DNA from: Candidatus Hydrogenedentota bacterium
Lineage (GTDB): Bacteria; Hydrogenedentota; Hydrogenedentia; Hydrogenedentales; SLHB01
Assembly: GCA_029974275.1 (NCBI GenBank)
Contig: JARKSN010000275.1
Coordinates: forward strand, 1 to 64,000
Direction of reading: 5' to 3'
DNA length: 64,000 nt
The notes below the pieces were generated by a model. That model was given only the letters and a program-made list of their open reading frames with translations. It searched no databases and was not told the DNA's origin. The position numbers and the translations under genes are program-made. Below, piece by piece: positions 59,560-64,000 of this stretch (positions within the stretch are counted from its first letter, which is position 1; each line of letters opens with the position of its first letter).

Positions 59560-62352
59560 TCAAAACGACAGTTTTAGTGTCAGTATTTTTTTCCTGCCAA
59601 CATCCAACACGGCTCCTTTTGGCCCAACGACGGCCTGACCGGCCACGTTTTCTTCGAGATCAAGCATCTGCGCCGCCTTGATCTTTTTCCCAGTGGCCAG
59701 CAATCCTTTCACCGGCTTGTCGGTGGGATTGAAGATGCGCACGACGACGCCCTTGCCGTCTTCGGACTGTTTGATAGCGCTGAGCATCAATGCCTCCGGT
59801 TCAACGCTCAAGAAACTGTGGTTCGGGTCGAGGCCTTTGCCCTTGTACGCAGCCGTCTGCGCAGGCTCCATAGGCACGGAGAGTTTCTCCGCCTCGCGCT
59901 GCACCTCAGCAGCCTCCCAATCGCCCGCATGCGGATACACCAGATATTCGAACTCGTGGTCGCCGGGACACTGTGAAAGCTGCATTTCGGGGTGCACTTC
60001 CCAACGATAACTTACGGTCGTCAGGGAGACTTCAAACGCGCGCATCAACGTCACCGCGATCGCGCTATCCGGGCGCTGCATCACCTGATACTCGCGCAGA
60101 CCGTGATTGATGACCGCCATGCCCGCCTTGCCGTCGCTAACGTCCACAAAGCGCTGCATCGGGAAGGTGGCATAGTCGCACCCATGCCACGGGTGCTTGG
60201 GGCCGCACTCGATGTCGCGCTCGACGACGTCGAAGGCGCTCTCGACATGACAGGTCTTGGCCTTTGCCCGGCCCGTGGGAAAGACGACGCGCAGACGATG
60301 GTTCTTCGCCGTGTTGGTGAAGGAGGTCTTGATCTCCAGCGACTTCGCCCCTTTGCGCAGCGTCACGATCGAGGTGATGTCGAGGTCGCGCCATTCCGAA
60401 CCGCGCCTGGCGTGGTTCATGTTGCCATCGAGCCGTTTCCACGCGTCGCCGCCATTCTCCTCGATGCCCGACGGCACGCGCATGTGGCACACAACACGGT
60501 AACGGGCCAGCAGCGGGCCGTTTTCTTCGAGGCTGATGGTGACCGGGCAGCCCGTGCTCAGAACGATCTGGTCAACGCTCGGCTCGACGTGCATCCACGC
60601 GGGGCCTGCCTCGCCGCCGTCTTCAAAATAGTGCAGATCGCGGAAGATTTCGCCGGTCTTCTTGTGCGTCATCGTAAACGTGCCGTCGGACTCGATGCGC
60701 ACGCGCAGATGCTCGTTCTCCATCGTGTTGGTCGCGACGACCAGGTTGTCGCCCTTTGCGAATTCCGCCGTCTTCTCGAGGCGCAACGTCTTGTATCCCA
60801 GCGCCGGCACGTCCTTCACGTCGAAGTGTACGACGAAGCGATCGCTGTCCATCATCATCGGGGCGTCATACGCATGATTGACGACCGTCATCAACGGACG
60901 CCGACTGTATCCCTGCACGGCAACCGGCTTGCGTGTGGCCGTATCGACGAACGCGAATTCGCGCAGATTGAAACCGCGCGGCAGGTCAAGCACGGCCGTA
61001 ACGACCTCGCTACGCGCGAAGGCCGACGCATTGAACACCGTGATGAGCACGTCGTTCTTATCAGCCTTGCTGGTGTCCACACGCAACTGGATCTGCTGCA
61101 ACGCCGTCTTCCGCACGCCTTTGGCGATGTTCACAACCTGCCGCAGGCGGTACATCATATCTTGCTCGATGTCGTCCACGCCGCTGCCCGCGATGCTGTC
61201 GTGCGCATGGCTCGACAGCAACGTCTTCCAGGCAAGTTCCAGCAACGACTTGGGATAGTCCGCGCCCGCCGTCCACGCAAGCGTCGCAAAGGGCTCAGCC
61301 CACCGTTGCAGCAAGTATTCGGCCTGGGCATTGAGACGCTTCATGCGCGTGCGGCTCGACAGCACGTCGCTGTAGAGATGCACGCGCCCGTTCATCAACT
61401 TCGGGACGCGCTGCTCGCCTTTTTGCACCGTGAGGTTCTTCGCCGCTTTCTTCACCTTCGCGATGTAGTCGGGAAGGTTGCTGTGGCAGATCGTTGCGTC
61501 CTTGAGAACCTTCTTGGCGGCCTCGATCAGTTTCAACTCGACACGGTCCGCAACGCTGCTGTCGTGGCCGCTCATGAACGCAAAATACGGCGTCGTCGCG
61601 ACCTTCCTTTCCATTTCCTTTAGCCGCTCCACGGATTCTGCGATGCGGCCCTTGTCGAAGCCCAGCGGCGGATCCAGCAAAATGTGATGGTTTGCCGATT
61701 CCGCCTCGTCAGCCAAGTGGAACGGCAGTCCGCCCTGGTCCCACGTGTACATGCGATCCATGGGCATCTCGCCGAGCACGACCGGGCGATAGACCTGATA
61801 ATAGAAGTTGTAGCGAGCCGCCGAACTCATCTGCGAGCCCAGCGCGCGCGTGCCATCGGCCCCTTCAAAGATGAATTCGTTCGGCGTGTCCTTCGTGATG
61901 CCGTGGTAAAAAAGGATTGTGTCGATGCCGAAGCCCGCGTAGATCTGCGGGAGCTGCGAGTTCTGCCCATAGCCGAAGGGCGTGTGGCCGACCTTCATCA
62001 CGCCGCCGTACGCCCGCGCCACCTTGTGACCGACGAGCAGGTTGCGAACGATCGACTCGCCCGCCACGCAGAACCCTTCCGGCGCGGTGTACCACGGGCC
62101 GATGTGGAGCCGTCCCGCCTTGACGTGCTGGATGATCGTATCGCGCTTCTCCGGCCGGACCTCAAGATAATCCTCGATCGGGATCGTCTGCGAATCGAGG
62201 AGGAACGATTTGTACTCCGGTTCCGTGTCGAGGATATCCAGGAGCGTGTCGAAAAAATGCATGAGCATCATCCGCGTTTCCTGGAAATTGCACAACCACT
62301 CGCGGTCCCAGTGGGTGTTCGATATCACATGAATTTCATAGGGCTGCTTCAT
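59560..62352 (-). CDS. GH38 alpha-mannosidase / MngB-like protein with atypical active site
   Basis: 'HVISNTHWDREW', 'IGPWY', 'GESIVRNL', 'HAHDSIAG', 'MENEHL', 'TLMR'. Confidence 0.88.
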   Translation of the reverse strand: MKQPYEIHVISNTHWDREWLCNFQETRMMLMHFFDTLLDILDTEPEYKSFLLDSQTIPIEDYLEVRPEKRDTIIQHVKAGRLHIGPWYTAPEGFCVAGESIVRNLLVGHKVARAYGGVMKVGHTPFGYGQNSQLPQIYAGFGIDTILFYHGITKDTPNEFIFEGADGTRALGSQMSSAARYNFYYQVYRPVVLGEMPMDRMYTWDQGGLPFHLADEAESANHHILLDPPLGFDKGRIAESVERLKEMERKVATTPYFAFMSGHDSSVADRVELKLIEAAKKVLKDATICHSNLPDYIAKVKKAAKNLTVQKGEQRVPKLMNGRVHLYSDVLSSRTRMKRLNAQAEYLLQRWAEPFATLAWTAGADYPKSLLELAWKTLLSSHAHDSIAGSGVDDIEQDMMYRLRQVVNIAKGVRKTALQQIQLRVDTSKADKNDVLITVFNASAFARSEVVTAVLDLPRGFNLREFAFVDTATRKPVAVQGYSRRPLMTVVNHAYDAPMMMDSDRFVVHFDVKDVPALGYKTLRLEKTAEFAKGDNLVVATNTMENEHLRVRIESDGTFTMTHKKTGEIFRDLHYFEDGGEAGPAWMHVEPSVDQIVLSTGCPVTISLEENGPLLARYRVVCHMRVPSGIEENGGDAWKRLDGNMNHARRGSEWRDLDITSIVTLRKGAKSLEIKTSFTNTAKNHRLRVVFPTGRAKAKTCHVESAFDVVERDIECGPKHPWHGCDYATFPMQRFVDVSDGKAGMAVINHGLREYQVMQRPDSAIAVTLMRAFEVSLTTVSYRWEVHPEMQLSQCPGDHEFEYLVYPHAGDWEAAEVQREAEKLSVPMEPAQTAAYKGKGLDPNHSFLSVEPEALMLSAIKQSEDGKGVVVRIFNPTDKPVKGLLATGKKIKAAQMLDLEENVAGQAVVGPKGAVLDVGRKKILTLKLSF

Positions 62353-62562
62353 CGATAGGTCCTTCTATTTGAAAAAACGTTGGCAAGACAACGGCGCGCA
62401 TTGTACCCCGTCGCCCATTTCCCCCTCAACAAGCAAGAACGCTTGCATTTTTGGCCAATTTGCTCAGGCATCACGTCATCTCCCTTGAATACCGCGAGCG
62501 GGAAGTGCCAAGATGCCCCCGGGATTTTTATTGGCATGGTTCACACGAGGCTTGGGGCACGC

Positions 62563-63759
62563 ATGAAGATTCTGCACGCCACCTCCTGGATCTCGCGTTG
62601 GGGGGGCGGCGTGCCGCCTGTTGTGAAGGGGCTTGCGCGGGCGCAGGCGGCGCGCGGCAATGACGTTCACGTCGCCGCTTTGGACGATGTGCATGCGGCA
62701 GAGGATACCCAGGACTGGGGAGTGCCCGTTCATTTGGGAAGCGTGACGGGGCCTGCGGCGTTAGGAACATCGTGCGCGCTGCGCCGTTTCTTCAAAACGC
62801 ATCAGAACGCATTTGACGTTGTCCATTACCACAGCCTGTGGATGTGGCCCGGCTATCAGTGCCGCCGCATGGCGCAAGCCGCCCGGATTCCCCTCGTTAT
62901 CACGCCCCATGGCATGCTGGAGCCTTGGGCATTGAAGCGGTCGCGCTGGAAAAAGGGAATCGCCCGGCGCTTGTTCGAAGACGCCAACCTCCGCTCGGCT
63001 GCGTGCCTTCATGCATTGTGCGCAAACGAATACGAGAGCTTCCGCGGCTTTGGCCTCACGAATCCCGTCGCCGTCGTTCCAAACGGCATCGACCTGACCG
63101 AATTTGACTGCCTTCCCGCCGCGGAAAGCATCACGGACCGGTTTCCTGAGCTTCGCGAACGTCGTCTCGCCTTGTTCCTTTCGCGCATACATCCCAAAAA
63201 AGGGCTTCCGCATCTGATCGAGGCATGGGCCTTGCTGAAAAACGATTTTGAGGAGTGGACGTTGCTGGTTGTAGGGCCGGACCAAGTGGGGCATACTGCG
63301 GCCATGAAAGCGCTCGCGCATGCAATGGGAGTCCAGGACCGGATATGTTTTGCCGGCCCGCTATATGGCGCGGACAGGCTGGCCGCCATGAGCGCGGCGG
63401 ATTTTTTCGTGTTGCCGTCGTTTAGCGAAGGATTCAGCATGGCGTTACTCGAGGCTGCGGCATGCCGATTGCCTTTGCTGTTGACGCCTCAATGCAATTT
63501 CCCGGAAATCGCCGTTGCGGGCGGCGGCATCGAAGTTGAGCCTGCCGCGCCCGACACCGCCCGTGGGTTGCGTGACATGATGCGCCTGTCCGAGGAAGAA
63601 CGTCAGTCCATGGGACACAAGGCGCGGCGGCTGGTCGAAGACAAGTACACATGGTCCTCAATCGCCGCCGAGATGGACGCCGTGTACACGTGGCTCCTTG
63701 GGGCAGGCCCCATGCCCGGGTGCGTGAGACGGGTGGATCGCGATGCATACGATGCATAA
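62563..63759 (+). CDS. GT4 glycosyltransferase
   Basis: 'TPHGML', 'VPNG', 'SRIHPKKG', 'LPSFSEGFSMALLEA'. Confidence 0.9.
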   Translation: MKILHATSWISRWGGGVPPVVKGLARAQAARGNDVHVAALDDVHAAEDTQDWGVPVHLGSVTGPAALGTSCALRRFFKTHQNAFDVVHYHSLWMWPGYQCRRMAQAARIPLVITPHGMLEPWALKRSRWKKGIARRLFEDANLRSAACLHALCANEYESFRGFGLTNPVAVVPNGIDLTEFDCLPAAESITDRFPELRERRLALFLSRIHPKKGLPHLIEAWALLKNDFEEWTLLVVGPDQVGHTAAMKALAHAMGVQDRICFAGPLYGADRLAAMSAADFFVLPSFSEGFSMALLEAAACRLPLLLTPQCNFPEIAVAGGGIEVEPAAPDTARGLRDMMRLSEEERQSMGHKARRLVEDKYTWSSIAAEMDAVYTWLLGAGPMPGCVRRVDRDAYDA

Positions 63760-64000
63760 CAGGGTTGATTTATCTACGTATTCTCCGAAAGGATTCGCTC
63801 GGGGCGCCAGCGCGATCGCCGAGGCGCTCTGGCTTGTGGTGCGCTCCGCGCTCTTTCTCCACATTCCATTCGGCCTCTACGGCTTCAAGCGATGGACGCT
63901 GCGTCGCTTTGGCGCGCACGTGGGAAAAGGCGTCGTGATAAAACCCGGCGTCAAGATTACGTTTCCCTGGAAACTTCGCATCGGAGATCACGCATGGCTG
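63752..64000 (+). CDS. wcaF: WcaF-like hexapeptide acetyltransferase (3' truncated; absent from the ORF track)
   Basis: Manual translation: 'MHNRVDLSTY...LRRFGAHVGKGVVIKPGVKITFPWKLRIGDHAWL'. Confidence 0.85.
   Translation, partial: MHNRVDLSTYSPKGFARGASAIAEALWLVVRSALFLHIPFGLYGFKRWTLRRFGAHVGKGVVIKPGVKITFPWKLRIGDHAWL

Noticed and set aside
59992..61623. Long antisense or alternate-frame ORFs (for example 59992-61623, 34834-36207, 41428-42747, 53535-54680)
   Set aside because: They shadow well-supported genes, show no motifs, and are expected from stop-codon scarcity at high GC.

Overview
GC-rich, gene-dense bacterial chromosome segment of about 49 CDS. I saw no rRNA, tRNA or CRISPR array. The lineage cannot be fixed from sequence alone, but the TPR-, GT-C- and HDOD-rich content suggests an uncultured diderm. 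From left to right: an ECF sigma/anti-sigma pair, an FAD oxidoreductase, two TPR-fused GT-C glycosyltransferases, a FixL-like PAS kinase, bacterioferritin, a PflX-type radical SAM, an HDOD-kinase-receiver hybrid, lysA, tadA, a sorbose/sorbitol-phosphate dehydrogenase pair, a secreted alpha/beta hydrolase, and an ExbB-ExbD-TPR-vWA cluster. Next come an amidohydrolase, a small decayed island (IS4-like remnant plus methyltransferase), an ABC-F ATPase, GT4 genes, an HDOD protein, a USP gene broken by one in-frame stop, and hisB. The right part holds an expanded moxR/DUF58/batABCDE operon running into glnD and degP, MEMO1- and NIF3-like genes, a GH38 protein, and the start of a polysaccharide locus. 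The most notable signals are: (1) a GxxExxY nuclease-fold gene bracketed by a 41-bp, internally periodic inverted repeat and inserted between moxR and DUF58; (2) an ExbBD motor whose apparent TonB partner is a TonB-type anchor fused to a MIDAS vWA domain; (3) a GH38 protein lacking the canonical nucleophile Asp; (4) several apparently leaderless promoters. All functional calls come from motif recognition by eye, not database searches.
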